DNA of 64,000 nucleotides from Oligoflexales bacterium (lineage in GTDB: Bacteria > Bdellovibrionota_B > Oligoflexia > Oligoflexales > JALZUQ01), in contig JALZUO010000008.1 in the NCBI GenBank assembly GCA_023301565.1, forward strand, positions 106,030-170,029. Reading direction: 5' to 3'. This document shows positions 1 through 9,460 of the stretch, piece after piece (the first letter of the stretch is position 1; each line of letters opens with the position of its first letter). A program made the position numbers and the translations under genes. The notes below the pieces were generated by a model that made no database searches, had not been told where the DNA came from, and was given only the letters and a program-made list of their open reading frames with translations.

Positions 1-2
1 AG

Positions 3-1184
3 GAGAATCAAGTTTCTCAGCTATATGCTGCACGCGGATACTCACCGATAGAGAGGGATCAAGACGCGCAGCTAATAACCTTGGGTGCAGACAGTAAAGC
101 GGGTGCACTGCAAACTCACTTTGAGCTGGGCAACTATTTGTTTGAGCCAGAGTATGCATGCAAAACAGATGGTAGCCCGTATTTAGTTTTTACACCTTTT
201 TGGCGCAATCTTTGTAAAAAAGGTTTCGCCCCTTTGCATGCTCTGGACGTTGCCTTGCCAAAACAGAAGGGTGAAAGTCCAAATATAGATACTCTTGGGC
301 TACTGCCGACCATAGGTTGGGACAAGCAGTTCTATGAGTGCTGGAGCCCTACAGAGTCTTCGGCATTGGCTGCCCTAGAGCAGTTTGTTCAAATAAACGC
401 GTCTGCATACAAGGATCAAAGAGATATTCCCTCAAGCCCTGGTACGAGCAGAATGAGTCCTTACCTTGCCTTTGGTCAGGTTTCTCCACGGCAGATTTGG
501 ATCGCGTGCACAGAAGCTTTTGGTCCGTTGTCAAAAATCGAAAAGAAGTATCCAGGTGTTTACACTTATTTAAAAGAAATTGCGTGGCGTGAGTTTGCCA
601 ATCATTTGCTTTTCTTTTTTCCGCGCACTTCAAAAGAAGAGCTTCGCGTGTCCTTTCAAAAGTTTCCATGGAAAAAACAAAACCAAAAAGGGATGCAGGC
701 AAAGCTTAAAGCATGGAAAGCTGGAAACACAGGTGTTCCGATTGTAGATGCAGGCATGCGGCAGCTTTGGCAAACAGGCTGGATGCACAACCGCGTACGG
801 ATGGTCGTCGCATCATTCCTTGTAAAAAACCTAGGCCTTGATTGGCGCTATGGAGCTGCTTGGTTTATGGACACACTTGTCGATGCCGATATAGCCAGCA
901 ATTCGATGGGCTGGCAGTGGGCGGCTGGCAGTGGAGCGGACGCTGCACCATACTTTCGCGTGTTTAACCCTACCTTGCAGGGGGAGCGCTTTGACAAGCA
1001 GGGTTCGTACGTAAAAACTTACGTTCCGGAGCTTTCCGATGTGCCACTAAAGCTTTTACATAAACCGTGGGAGCTTCCACCGATGGAGCTTGCAGCTGCC
1101 GGAGGCTACCCGGGTCCTATTGTGTCTCTTTCAGATAGCCGCAAACAAGCTTTGGCCCGTTACCAGCAGTTTAAAGATAGTTGA
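3..1184 (+). CDS. phrB: Deoxyribodipyrimidine photolyase (class I CPD photolyase/cryptochrome family), 5' end cut by the window edge
   Basis: The frame is open from base 3, with no stop upstream of the TTG at 81, so the gene begins left of the window. FAD-binding domain motifs: 'TPFWRN', 'WREF', 'GWMHNRVRMVVASFLVKNL', 'DADIASNSMGWQWAAGSGADAAPYFRVFNP'. Confidence 0.9.
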   Translation, partial: ENQVSQLYAARGYSPIERDQDAQLITLGADSKAGALQTHFELGNYLFEPEYACKTDGSPYLVFTPFWRNLCKKGFAPLHALDVALPKQKGESPNIDTLGLLPTIGWDKQFYECWSPTESSALAALEQFVQINASAYKDQRDIPSSPGTSRMSPYLAFGQVSPRQIWIACTEAFGPLSKIEKKYPGVYTYLKEIAWREFANHLLFFFPRTSKEELRVSFQKFPWKKQNQKGMQAKLKAWKAGNTGVPIVDAGMRQLWQTGWMHNRVRMVVASFLVKNLGLDWRYGAAWFMDTLVDADIASNSMGWQWAAGSGADAAPYFRVFNPTLQGERFDKQGSYVKTYVPELSDVPLKLLHKPWELPPMELAAAGGYPGPIVSLSDSRKQALARYQQFKDS

Positions 1185-1247
1185 AAGCCAGCTTCCTAAT
1201 ACGTGGTCTTGAGCCGAAAAAAAGACTCTTTTACTTAGTGAATACAC

Positions 1248-1278
1248 AACTGGCTAGCCAGCCAGTTTGTTTTTGTTT
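1248..1278 (+). terminator. Rho-independent terminator after the photolyase gene
   Basis: Perfect 7-bp stem aactggc (1248-1254) / gccagtt (1261-1267) with loop tagcca, followed by the T-rich tgtttttgttt. Confidence 0.55.
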
Positions 1279-1401
1279 CTAGACCTTTTGATACTCAGCT
1301 TGTCCAAGGTTAAGGGATTTTAACAACATGACTCCCTATCTTTTGATATCCCAAATACATGGGTTTTTTTACCTGTTTTTCACGTGTGAGGAATAAATAA
1401 G

Positions 1402-2355
1402 ATGAAGTCTTTTTTAGTCATATTTGTATTTAGTTGGCTTTATGGATGCAGCTTTTTGGGCATGGGTGGCCAAACTCCATCGGAGCATTCAAAGGTCTTA
1501 ATTGATGGGTCAAGCACTGTTTATCCAGTTACCGAAGCGGTAGCCGAAAACTTTGGAAAGCTGAACCCGAAGGTTCGCGTGAGTGTTGGGGTGTCTGGAA
1601 CAGGAGGCGGTTTTCGCAAGCTTCTTAGCGGTGAAACGGACATCAACAATGCATCTAGAGAAATTAAACAAAAGGAACGAAAGCTCGCGAAACAAAATAA
1701 TATTGAGTTTTTTGAGCTGCCAATCGCCTATGACGGTCTTTCTGTAGTGGTACATAAAGATAATCAATTTATAGATTACCTGTCGCTAGAAGAGCTTGCA
1801 AAAATTTGGAAGCCAGGTTCGGCAGTAAGAACTTGGCGAGATGTCCGGGCTAGCTGGCCAGATAAAAAAATAAATCTATATGGCCCAGGTCCTGACTCAG
1901 GTACCTTTGACTATTTTACAAAAAAAGTGAATGGACAGGCAGGAGCTTCGCGCCCTGACTACACGGCAAGTGAAGACGATAACGTAATCGTAAAAGGTGT
2001 CATGGCTGACACTTATTCCATGGGCTACTTTGGGTATGCTTATTACCTAGAAAACAAAAGCTTACTTAGAGCCGTTCCGATAAGAGACGGGAGCAAAAAA
2101 GCCGTTGAACCAAATAGCAAAACGATCAGTAGCGGCAAATATCCTATTTCAAGGCCTTTGTTTTTATACGTACGTACAAACAGCATGCAAAAAGCCTCTG
2201 TGAGGTCTTTTGTGAAGTTCTACATAGAGAACGCAGAGAAGGTCATGGAAAGGGTAGGCTATGTAGCCATTCCAGCCATAGAGAAAAAGTCTGTGCTTAG
2301 TTTAGTCGAGAGTTTCGCGGTTATACAGAAGAAGCCTCAGCAAGATGACGGGTGA
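1402..2355 (+). CDS. pstS: Phosphate ABC transporter substrate-binding lipoprotein PstS
   Basis: Lipobox 'LYGC'. PstS-family motifs 'GSSTVYPVTEAVAENF' and 'GVSGTGGGFRKL'. First gene of a pstSCAB order. Confidence 0.9.
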   Translation: MKSFLVIFVFSWLYGCSFLGMGGQTPSEHSKVLIDGSSTVYPVTEAVAENFGKLNPKVRVSVGVSGTGGGFRKLLSGETDINNASREIKQKERKLAKQNNIEFFELPIAYDGLSVVVHKDNQFIDYLSLEELAKIWKPGSAVRTWRDVRASWPDKKINLYGPGPDSGTFDYFTKKVNGQAGASRPDYTASEDDNVIVKGVMADTYSMGYFGYAYYLENKSLLRAVPIRDGSKKAVEPNSKTISSGKYPISRPLFLYVRTNSMQKASVRSFVKFYIENAEKVMERVGYVAIPAIEKKSVLSLVESFAVIQKKPQQDDG

Positions 2356-3289
2356 GCGGCGGAAGCCGCATCCAAAAACTAGCTGGAAGTTAAAAAACTC
2401 TTCTAAGTCTAGTTGGTGGTCCATGATTGAATCTGTGCTGTTCAATGCTGTGCGGATTTCTGGCTGTTCTACTATCTTGATCACGGCCTTGATTATTTTT
2501 ATCCTTGCAGTAGAAAGCTATGGTTTTTTTAGCGAGGTTCACCTGTTTTCTTTTTTGTTTGGAACTCAATGGACCCCACTGTTCGAGCCAAAGTCCTTTG
2601 GTGTGCTCCCTATTTTTTTCGGTACAATGATGATTGCCGTAGCTTCTGCTGTGATTGCCATCCCTATTGGGGTTTGCGTGGCCGTGTACTTTAATGAGTA
2701 TGCCTCGCAAAGCTTTAGAAGCATTGCAAAGCCAATACTAGAGATACTCGCGGGGATTCCCAGTGTCGTTTATGGCTATATTGCTATTGCTTATATTTCT
2801 CCTGGGATTCGGCATTTTTTTCCAGAAGCATCGCCGTTCAATGCTCTATCAGGCTCTATAGTCGTGGCTGTTATGGTCCTGCCTATGATCGCTTCTTTGA
2901 GCGAGGACGCTCTTGCAGCTTTACCTCGATCCTTGCGTGAAGCAGGGTATGCCTCTGGGGCAACAAGGCTAGAGGTGGTCAGTGGGATCTTGTTGCCGGC
3001 CGCAGCCTCAGGGATCATGGCATCGTTTATTCTAGCGATCTCTAGAGCGATTGGCGAGACGATGGCGGTGACTTTGGCCGCAGGTGCTACTCCTAAAATG
3101 GGAGTTGATTACTTAGACTCTATTCAAACGATGACTGCCTATATTGTGCAGGTAAGTTTGGGTGATGTCGCTCAAGGCACGGTGCAATACAAAACCCTTT
3201 TTGCTGTGGCTTTAGTTCTGTTCTCACTTACTTTGTCTTTAAATCTGGTTGCTGGTTATATAGAAAAAAAATGGCGGGTAGAGATTTGA
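2345..3289 (+). CDS. pstC: Phosphate ABC transporter permease PstC
   Basis: Multi-TM protein with the ABC permease EAA-type loop and 'EILAGIPSVVYGY'. The ATG overlaps the pstS end by 11 nt. The exact start is uncertain. Confidence 0.85.
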   Translation: MTGERRKPHPKTSWKLKNSSKSSWWSMIESVLFNAVRISGCSTILITALIIFILAVESYGFFSEVHLFSFLFGTQWTPLFEPKSFGVLPIFFGTMMIAVASAVIAIPIGVCVAVYFNEYASQSFRSIAKPILEILAGIPSVVYGYIAIAYISPGIRHFFPEASPFNALSGSIVVAVMVLPMIASLSEDALAALPRSLREAGYASGATRLEVVSGILLPAAASGIMASFILAISRAIGETMAVTLAAGATPKMGVDYLDSIQTMTAYIVQVSLGDVAQGTVQYKTLFAVALVLFSLTLSLNLVAGYIEKKWRVEI

Positions 3290-4161
3290 TGCAGAGGCAT
3301 GGCTTGGGGCAAAATCTTGCAAGAAGAAACCGGCTCGACCGGTTATTTAAAGCAGTTTGCCTTACCGCATCTTTCTCTTGTCTTCTAGTTCTTTTAGCAA
3401 TGCTTGTACCGCTTGTTTACAATGGTTTACCGTTCGTAGATTGGCAGTTTCTAACCAGTTTCCCTTCTTCTCGCGTAGAAAACGCTGGTGTAAAGCCTGC
3501 CATAGTAGGGACTTTTTATTTGATGGCCATCACTGTCTTAGTGGTTTTTCCATTAGGGGTGGCCACAGCAGTTTTTATAGAAGAGTTTCTGCCGCGCAAA
3601 AGTGTGCTCACAAAGCTAGTACGGACCAACGTCCGAAACCTTGCAGGCGTCCCCTCGATCGTATTTGGAATCCTCGGAATGGTTGTCTTTGTAAATGCGC
3701 TGGGATTTGGTCGGAGCCTGGTTTCAGGTGGGCTTACACTAGCTCTCATGATTCTTCCTATCGTCGTGATTACAGCCTGCGAAGCGCTGCGTTCTGTCCC
3801 CAAAAGTATCCGGCTGGCCGCATACGCCGTAGGCGGGACAAGGGTCCAGACAGTGTTTTATCACGTAGTGCCCTGCGCTCTGCCGCAGATTCTTACAGGT
3901 TTGATCTTAGGTGTTTCGCGAGCCATAGGCGAAGCAGCCCCGCTTATTTTAATTGGTGGTCTTACTTACGTGGCTTTTTTACCTGAAAATATTTTTGATT
4001 CCTTTACCGCACTGCCCATTCAAATTTACTCTTGGGCTTCTCGTCCTCAGGTAGAGTTTCATCACCTAGCGGCTGGAGCTATTCTTGTGCTTTTGGCCAT
4101 ACTGGTGCTTTTTAATTCGGTTGCTATATATTTAAGAGCAAAATACAAAAGGAGGTGGTAG
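3271..4161 (+). CDS. pstA: Phosphate ABC transporter permease PstA
   Basis: Multi-TM protein with 'RNLAGVPSIVFGILG' and 'SRAIGEAAPL'. Sits between pstC and pstB. Confidence 0.85.
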   Translation: MAGRDLMQRHGLGQNLARRNRLDRLFKAVCLTASFSCLLVLLAMLVPLVYNGLPFVDWQFLTSFPSSRVENAGVKPAIVGTFYLMAITVLVVFPLGVATAVFIEEFLPRKSVLTKLVRTNVRNLAGVPSIVFGILGMVVFVNALGFGRSLVSGGLTLALMILPIVVITACEALRSVPKSIRLAAYAVGGTRVQTVFYHVVPCALPQILTGLILGVSRAIGEAAPLILIGGLTYVAFLPENIFDSFTALPIQIYSWASRPQVEFHHLAAGAILVLLAILVLFNSVAIYLRAKYKRRW

Positions 4162-4928
4162 TGACTGTCAATACAAGTCAAGAATCCATCATGACGTGCA
4201 GCAGCTTGGGACTTTACTATGGACAGGTCCAAGCGGTTAAAGACGTTTCGTTTAAGCTGAGCTCTGGCGTTGTCTCTGCGTTGATCGGTCCTTCTGGGTG
4301 CGGTAAAAGCACGCTTCTTCGCAGCTTCAACAGGATGAACGATTTCGTCGAAGGTTTTCGCTTGGAAGGAACGATTCAATTTAAAGGCCAAGATATCTAT
4401 GCTTCTGGCTACGACCCTGTTTTTTTACGGGCCCAAGTCGGTATGGTCTTCCAAAAGCCCAACCCTTTCCCTAACTCGATTTTTAAAAATATTACGTGGG
4501 GCCCAAAAATCAACGGTTTTCGCGGTGATCAGCAGGCCTTAGTTCAAAGCAGCTTAGAAAAAGTCGGTTTATGGTCTGAGGTTAAAGATAGGCTGCATAA
4601 GCCTGCTTACCAGTTGTCTGGCGGACAGCAGCAAAGGCTTTGTATTGCGCGAACCATTGCCATGCAGCCGGAAGTTATTTTAATGGACGAGCCCTGTTCA
4701 GCCCTTGATCCTCAGTCAACAGCTCGGGTGGAAGAACTTATTTTAGAGCTTAAAAAAGAATATTGCATCTTGATGGTTACCCACAACATGCAGCAAGCAA
4801 AGCGGGTATCAGATCAAACTCTTTTTATGTACGAAGGTACATTAGTTGAACACCGCCCGACTAGAGAGCTTTTTGATAGCCCTAAAGCGGATTTAACCAA
4901 AAAGTATCTGTCTGGAGTGTTCGGTTAA
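4155..4928 (+). CDS. pstB: Phosphate ABC transporter ATP-binding protein PstB
   Basis: Walker A 'GPSGCGKST', 'LLRSFNRMND', signature 'LSGGQQQRLCIARTIA', Walker B 'ILMDEPCSALD'. GTG start preceded by aaaggagg. Confidence 0.95.
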   Translation: MVVTVNTSQESIMTCSSLGLYYGQVQAVKDVSFKLSSGVVSALIGPSGCGKSTLLRSFNRMNDFVEGFRLEGTIQFKGQDIYASGYDPVFLRAQVGMVFQKPNPFPNSIFKNITWGPKINGFRGDQQALVQSSLEKVGLWSEVKDRLHKPAYQLSGGQQQRLCIARTIAMQPEVILMDEPCSALDPQSTARVEELILELKKEYCILMVTHNMQQAKRVSDQTLFMYEGTLVEHRPTRELFDSPKADLTKKYLSGVFG

Positions 4929-4941
4929 AACTTTGTAGTGG

Positions 4942-6246
4942 CTATCTTAAAATGTTTGCTCTTGCAATGTGCCAATCTGAAGCCAGCTTGCTTTTACTCC
5001 TTAGAGATCGAGCGAATGTTTGAAAGCAAAGAGACATACCTTTGTAAGGCTGCAAAATAGAGGAGTGTACGGGCGCAACCAGTGCGTTGTTAAGGCTTTT
5101 GTCGACACTGATTGCTGCTGCATATAACTGCGCTGTTCTTCTTCTTGTTTCCCGCTGTAGAAGCTTTTGTTCGATATTTGCTAAAAGACTTTTATGCCGA
5201 ATCCCATATACCACAACCAGGTTGAACGCATGCTCAAGCGCAGCTAACTGCAAAGATACATCAGTGCTTTTTATGAGGTGGTCTAAGATGTATGCTTTTC
5301 TTTTCGCCAGTAAATGCAGCTCTTTCTTGCGTGCTTTCGAAATCTTGCCTTTTTTAAGTTCGTTGACTAAGAAATAGTGTTGACGGGTTGGATTCAATAA
5401 GGTGACCTTTAGCTCTTCTGATATATTATCGTTGTCAATTAGCTCCATCGTTTCTAGAAAAAAAGCTTCGTGATTTACCGCAAGCTGATTTATGGCTATA
5501 GCGAGTTTGTTGTGAAGGGAGTACGGCGCGCGGTGAACGTTAAATAAGGTCCCAAGAACCTTGGCGTGTCCTGGGGTGAGGTTAGAAAGTCTGTGAAGCA
5601 AATTGATGCAAGAGATGGCAACTTTGTTTTTAGGGGTGCCTTCTTTGGACTGAAGGTTTTTTATGATAGTAGCCAATAAAAAGTTCCTAACCTGGTCGGC
5701 AAGTTCTCCAAAGGTGAAGTTGTCCATGGCTTTTTGAAACACTATTTTATAGTTTGGAATTTCAGAATATAGGCCAATATTTTCTGTTTTTATCAGGTCT
5801 TTTGCCTCTTTGAGGAAAAGTCGGTTGCTTTGACCGTGCTCGCTTCTTGTTATCCTGCTAATCATTACCCAGGATGCGTGCCAGTTTTTCCCTTTTGTTT
5901 GCTCAAATATCTCGGCTGCTATTTCAGAAGATGTTGTTTTTGATAGCTGAAATGAATACCTATGAAACATAAGCGTTTGCGCATCAGCATTCATGGTTTT
6001 AGCAATGTTTTGTTTTAAACCCTTCTGTTTTTGGTGGAGCTCTTGGTAAGTTTCGAGAATGCCTGGCAACTCTGTAAGAATCAGAGTTGAGTTATGCACA
6101 AGGGTAGGGTTTTCGCTAACCTTTTGCATATGTTGCTGCTGCTCATGGCTAAAATTAGCCATAGCTGTGCTGGGCTGCAAAGAAAAGAAAGCTAGCATTG
6201 TGTAGAGAACAAGGTAATAAATATTCGTTTGTATAGGTCTAGGCAT
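4942..6246 (-). CDS. Hypothetical secreted, predominantly helical protein (434 aa)
   Basis: N-terminal hydrophobic signal-like segment 'YYLVLYTMLAFFSLQPSTAMA'. I recognise no family motif. Convergent with pstB. Confidence 0.6.
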   Translation of the reverse strand: MPRPIQTNIYYLVLYTMLAFFSLQPSTAMANFSHEQQQHMQKVSENPTLVHNSTLILTELPGILETYQELHQKQKGLKQNIAKTMNADAQTLMFHRYSFQLSKTTSSEIAAEIFEQTKGKNWHASWVMISRITRSEHGQSNRLFLKEAKDLIKTENIGLYSEIPNYKIVFQKAMDNFTFGELADQVRNFLLATIIKNLQSKEGTPKNKVAISCINLLHRLSNLTPGHAKVLGTLFNVHRAPYSLHNKLAIAINQLAVNHEAFFLETMELIDNDNISEELKVTLLNPTRQHYFLVNELKKGKISKARKKELHLLAKRKAYILDHLIKSTDVSLQLAALEHAFNLVVVYGIRHKSLLANIEQKLLQRETRRRTAQLYAAAISVDKSLNNALVAPVHSSILQPYKGMSLCFQTFARSLRSKSKLASDWHIARANILR

Positions 6247-6297
6247 AGACCTATTTTAGCATGCCCTGGGGCTCTGTTGGAGGCTCTGGCGCTTAAA

Positions 6298-6348
6298 GGG
6301 CGGGGGAGTGATGGTGTAGTGGTGGCGAGGTGCGTGTACGTGTTGGGG
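6298..6348 (-). terminator. C-rich/G-poor tract on the transcribed strand; candidate Rho-utilisation (rut) region
   Basis: Hand count on the plus strand gives 30 G and 4 C in 51 nt, which is 30 C / 4 G in the minus-strand RNA. The tract starts immediately after the DCC-family gene's stop codon (6350-6352). Confidence 0.25.
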
Positions 6349-6349
6349 C

Positions 6350-6820
6350 TTAGATGGTCTGTTCATCTAAAAACCTGCAGCGCTCGTGAGGTTCGGGTAC
6401 GTAGCAACGATCTGATTTGCCAAATATGCGGTAGCGGTTGGCAGCGACTAGGTTGTAGATTTTATCTGTAAGTTGCTTAGGAAGCAAAGAACCACCACCC
6501 GCTAAAGTCCAAGGAAAGCCCAGCTGGCTAAATATGGCAATAGCAGCAGAGCTTTTATCTAAGACTTGCTCTTTACTCAACAGATAAAAAGACCCTAAAT
6601 TTTCTGGGTCTTTTTTCAAGGCAGACAAGAGCCACTGACCGGTCTTAGACTGCAAGGGGCAATAGATAAATATTTTTTTTTTGTCACGCCGAAGAATAAA
6701 CTGCATCGTACTGCTGCAGTAGTTGCAGACACCGTCAAAAAAAATAATTTCCTTGCCGCTGTCCAGATATGTTTGAACACAACCTGGTATGTTTAGCTCT
6801 GACAGGTCGACATCCATCAA
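6350..6820 (-). CDS. DCC-family thiol-disulfide oxidoreductase (DUF393)
   Basis: N-terminal 'IIFFDGVCNYCSSTMQFILRRD' (the CxxC motif typical of DUF393/DCC1) and 'ANRYRIFGK' near the C-terminus. Starts 18 nt downstream of alaS on the same strand. Confidence 0.75.
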   Translation of the reverse strand: MMDVDLSELNIPGCVQTYLDSGKEIIFFDGVCNYCSSTMQFILRRDKKKIFIYCPLQSKTGQWLLSALKKDPENLGSFYLLSKEQVLDKSSAAIAIFSQLGFPWTLAGGGSLLPKQLTDKIYNLVAANRYRIFGKSDRCYVPEPHERCRFLDEQTI

Positions 6821-6838
6821 AAAACCAAACCTTTTGGC

Positions 6839-9460
6839 TTATGCTTGAACATAGGATTCAATGACCTTGCTCCAAACAGATAGGACAGCGTCTGCGGCCA
6901 GCTCTGACTTGGCGCCACCTTGTGCAAAAGCATCCTTGCCACCACCTCGCCCTCCAAGCTCTTCGAGGGCTGGAGAGACCAAAGCTTTGGCAGAGATGTC
7001 CTTTATGCCTTTTTTGACACAAGACAGGAGACGGTAAGAACTCTTGTCTTTTTCATCTGTGGCAAGCAGGCAAACGGCAGAAGTTTGATCTTCTTTGACA
7101 AGCAATTGATCAGCAAGGTTCTTCAGCGACTTTGGGTCCAGGTCCGCTATTCCTAAAACGATCTTGTGCCCTCTAAAGTCAAAGTCTTTGCTTTTGCGAA
7201 AGCTGCTGTAAAGATCTCCTGCGCTCGCAGGTTTTGCTGTGGAGGCTTTCTTTTTTAGGTTTGCAATCGTGGCGCTGATATTTTCGGGCTTGGTTTTTAG
7301 CTGGGTAGCAAGCTCTGTTACTAGGGCACGCTGGTCGCGCTGAAACTCATAGGCACGCAACGAGGTGATAGCTTCAATTCTGCGTACGCCTCTAGCCACA
7401 CTACCTTCAGATGAAAGAATGAAAGAGCCGATCTCACCTGTGCTCTCTACATGGGTCCCGCCGCAAAGCTCGGCGCTTTCTTTGCCAAAGCGAACCACGC
7501 GTACATCAGCCGTGTACTTCTCTCCGAACAACCCGATGGCACCGCCCTCGATGGCAGCGTCATAGCTTTGTGTTTTAACCCCTGTCTTGTAGTTGTCCCA
7601 AATCCACCGATTAACCAACTCTTCGACTTTTTCTTTTTCTTGTGCCGTCATGGCCTGCGGGTGCTTGAAGTCAAACCGCAGCCGACTAGTATCTACATGT
7701 GACCCTTTTTGTTCTACATGCTCGCCCAACACCTGTCTCAATGCCGAGTGCAGTAAGTGGGTCGCGCTATGGTTGCGACGGCTAAGACGCCGTCTGGAGC
7801 CATCCACCATGAGTTCTGCTACGTCACCTTTTTTGGCTTTTATGGGAGAGCTTAGAATATGCACGTGAACACTGCCAGCTTTGAGTGTGTTTTCGACGTG
7901 ACCCGTCTGGCCGCCTACTATTACTTGGCCCGAGTCACCAACCTGACCACCACCTTCACCATAAAAAGGGGTTTGATCGGTTATTAAATAAGTACAGTTG
8001 TCTTCACAAGGCTTTGCTTCATCGTTTAAGCAAAGAAGCACGTTTCCCTTGTCCTGGATCTGCTCGTAGCCACTAAACTTTGTATCGCTTAGGCCTTTTG
8101 ATTGAATCGCCGATTGCACCTCAGCAAACACGCCACCTGATTTACCGGCAGATTTTCCACCGCCACGAGATACGGCCTGGTGCTTCTCAAACTTTTCACG
8201 AAACCCTTCCGTGTCTGCTGTAAAGCCTTGGTCTTCCACGTATCTTTTAACGACTTCTATAGGGAGCCCATGGGTTGCAACGGCTTCAAAGATGTCGGAT
8301 CCTGAGATGGTTTTTCCTTTGTTAGCCGCAATTTTCTTATCAAGCACCTTTAGTCCAGCATCTAGCACAGGCACAAAGTCATCGAGCTCTTTTTGCACCT
8401 TTGCTTCGACCGCCGCAATGTTGGTGCTTACAACTGGGTAGTGGTCTTTGAGGTTTTCAATACTCAACCTTGACCACTCTACTAGTTTGTTCAAAGGAAT
8501 TTTATTTGCCTTTAAGGCGCCTACGCATTTGCGCAGTAGCCGGCGTGGGATATACCCTTTCCCCTCGTTGCTTGGAGCAACCCCTTCACAAAGAAGAAAT
8601 GCAGCAGAGCGGATATGGTCGGCTAGCATTCTGGTGGTAGCTACATCTAAGTCTTTTGTATTTGCTTGGATAGACTCAATAACCGGGGCAAAAAGATCGG
8701 TCTCATAGACAGACGATTTTCCTTGCATGACCATAGCCATACGCTCGAGGCCACTTCCTGTATCTACCGACTTAAACGGCAGTGGAAGAAACTCTCCAGA
8801 ATTGGTTTTGTTGAACTCCATAAAAACGCCAGCATTCCAGATTTCTATATAGCGGCCTACAGAGTCAAACTCTTTACCTGGTTTGTATTCAGGTCCAAAC
8901 TCTTCTCCGGTATCAAAAAAGACTTCGGTGCATGGCCCACATGGCCCTACTTCTCCAGCTGGGCCCCAGAAATTATCTTCTTTGGGCAGATAAACAATTC
9001 GCTCTTTAGAAAAACCAACGGCTTCCCAAGCTTTTGCAGATGTATGATCTGGTGGTATTCCGAGTTTTTCATCTCCGGCAAAAACACTTGCAATCAATTT
9101 GTCTGTATCAAACCCGAGGTGATTCACCAATAAGTCGTAGGCAAGCTCGACAGCCTTTTCTTTATAGTAGTCACCAATCGACCAGCTTCCGAGCATTTCA
9201 AAAAGAGTAAGGTGATGCCTATCGCCGACATCGTCAATGTCTTTGGTGCGGATGCAGGGTTGGACGTTAGCAAGCCGAGGGCTGGGCGGTTTTTCTGTAC
9301 CTGTAAAGAATGGCTTTATGGCTGCCATTCCGGCATTTATAAAAAGGAGCGTTGGATCGTTTTTGGGAATAAGTGAAGCGCCCTTGATCAAGTGATGCTC
9401 GTTTTTTTGAAAAAAGTCCAAAAACTTTTGCCGAATTTCATGGCTTTGGAGTGGTTTCAC
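6839..9460 (-). CDS. alaS: Alanine--tRNA ligase
   Basis: 873 aa. N-terminus 'IRQKFLDFFQKNEHHLIKGASLIPKNDPTLLFINAGM'. Editing-domain His motif 'HSATHLLHSALRQVLG' and 'CGGTHV'. C-terminal DHHA1-like 'GGRGGGK'. GTG start. Confidence 0.97.
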   Translation of the reverse strand: MKPLQSHEIRQKFLDFFQKNEHHLIKGASLIPKNDPTLLFINAGMAAIKPFFTGTEKPPSPRLANVQPCIRTKDIDDVGDRHHLTLFEMLGSWSIGDYYKEKAVELAYDLLVNHLGFDTDKLIASVFAGDEKLGIPPDHTSAKAWEAVGFSKERIVYLPKEDNFWGPAGEVGPCGPCTEVFFDTGEEFGPEYKPGKEFDSVGRYIEIWNAGVFMEFNKTNSGEFLPLPFKSVDTGSGLERMAMVMQGKSSVYETDLFAPVIESIQANTKDLDVATTRMLADHIRSAAFLLCEGVAPSNEGKGYIPRRLLRKCVGALKANKIPLNKLVEWSRLSIENLKDHYPVVSTNIAAVEAKVQKELDDFVPVLDAGLKVLDKKIAANKGKTISGSDIFEAVATHGLPIEVVKRYVEDQGFTADTEGFREKFEKHQAVSRGGGKSAGKSGGVFAEVQSAIQSKGLSDTKFSGYEQIQDKGNVLLCLNDEAKPCEDNCTYLITDQTPFYGEGGGQVGDSGQVIVGGQTGHVENTLKAGSVHVHILSSPIKAKKGDVAELMVDGSRRRLSRRNHSATHLLHSALRQVLGEHVEQKGSHVDTSRLRFDFKHPQAMTAQEKEKVEELVNRWIWDNYKTGVKTQSYDAAIEGGAIGLFGEKYTADVRVVRFGKESAELCGGTHVESTGEIGSFILSSEGSVARGVRRIEAITSLRAYEFQRDQRALVTELATQLKTKPENISATIANLKKKASTAKPASAGDLYSSFRKSKDFDFRGHKIVLGIADLDPKSLKNLADQLLVKEDQTSAVCLLATDEKDKSSYRLLSCVKKGIKDISAKALVSPALEELGGRGGGKDAFAQGGAKSELAADAVLSVWSKVIESYVQA

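Noticed and set aside
1284-1350. Two copies of 'cttttgata' 55 bp apart upstream of pstS, considered as Pho boxes
   Set aside because: They do not resemble the E. coli Pho-box consensus, and they are not arranged as adjacent 11-bp-spaced half-sites. A 9-mer repeated once in AT-rich DNA can be chance.
3357-3986. 209-aa ORF in an alternative frame of pstA
   Set aside because: It lies entirely inside the well-supported pstA reading frame. The translation is Arg/Ser/Cys-rich low-complexity sequence typical of an off-frame read. It has no SD and no recognisable domain.
6298-6348. G-rich plus-strand tract considered as a G-quadruplex
   Set aside because: Only two G-runs of 3 or more lie close together, and the next one is about 40 nt away. 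It does not fit a canonical four-run G4. The C-rich transcript (rut-like) reading is more economical.
8666-9133. 155-aa ORF antisense to alaS, plus similar long antisense ORFs at 46321-46716, 55542-56003, 59027-59806 and 61133-61525
   Set aside because: All of them are embedded antisense in strongly supported conserved genes (alaS, uvrA, mrdA, mreB, ppiD). Their translations look like mirror-frame artefacts, being Ser/Pro/Ala/Arg-rich with no motifs.
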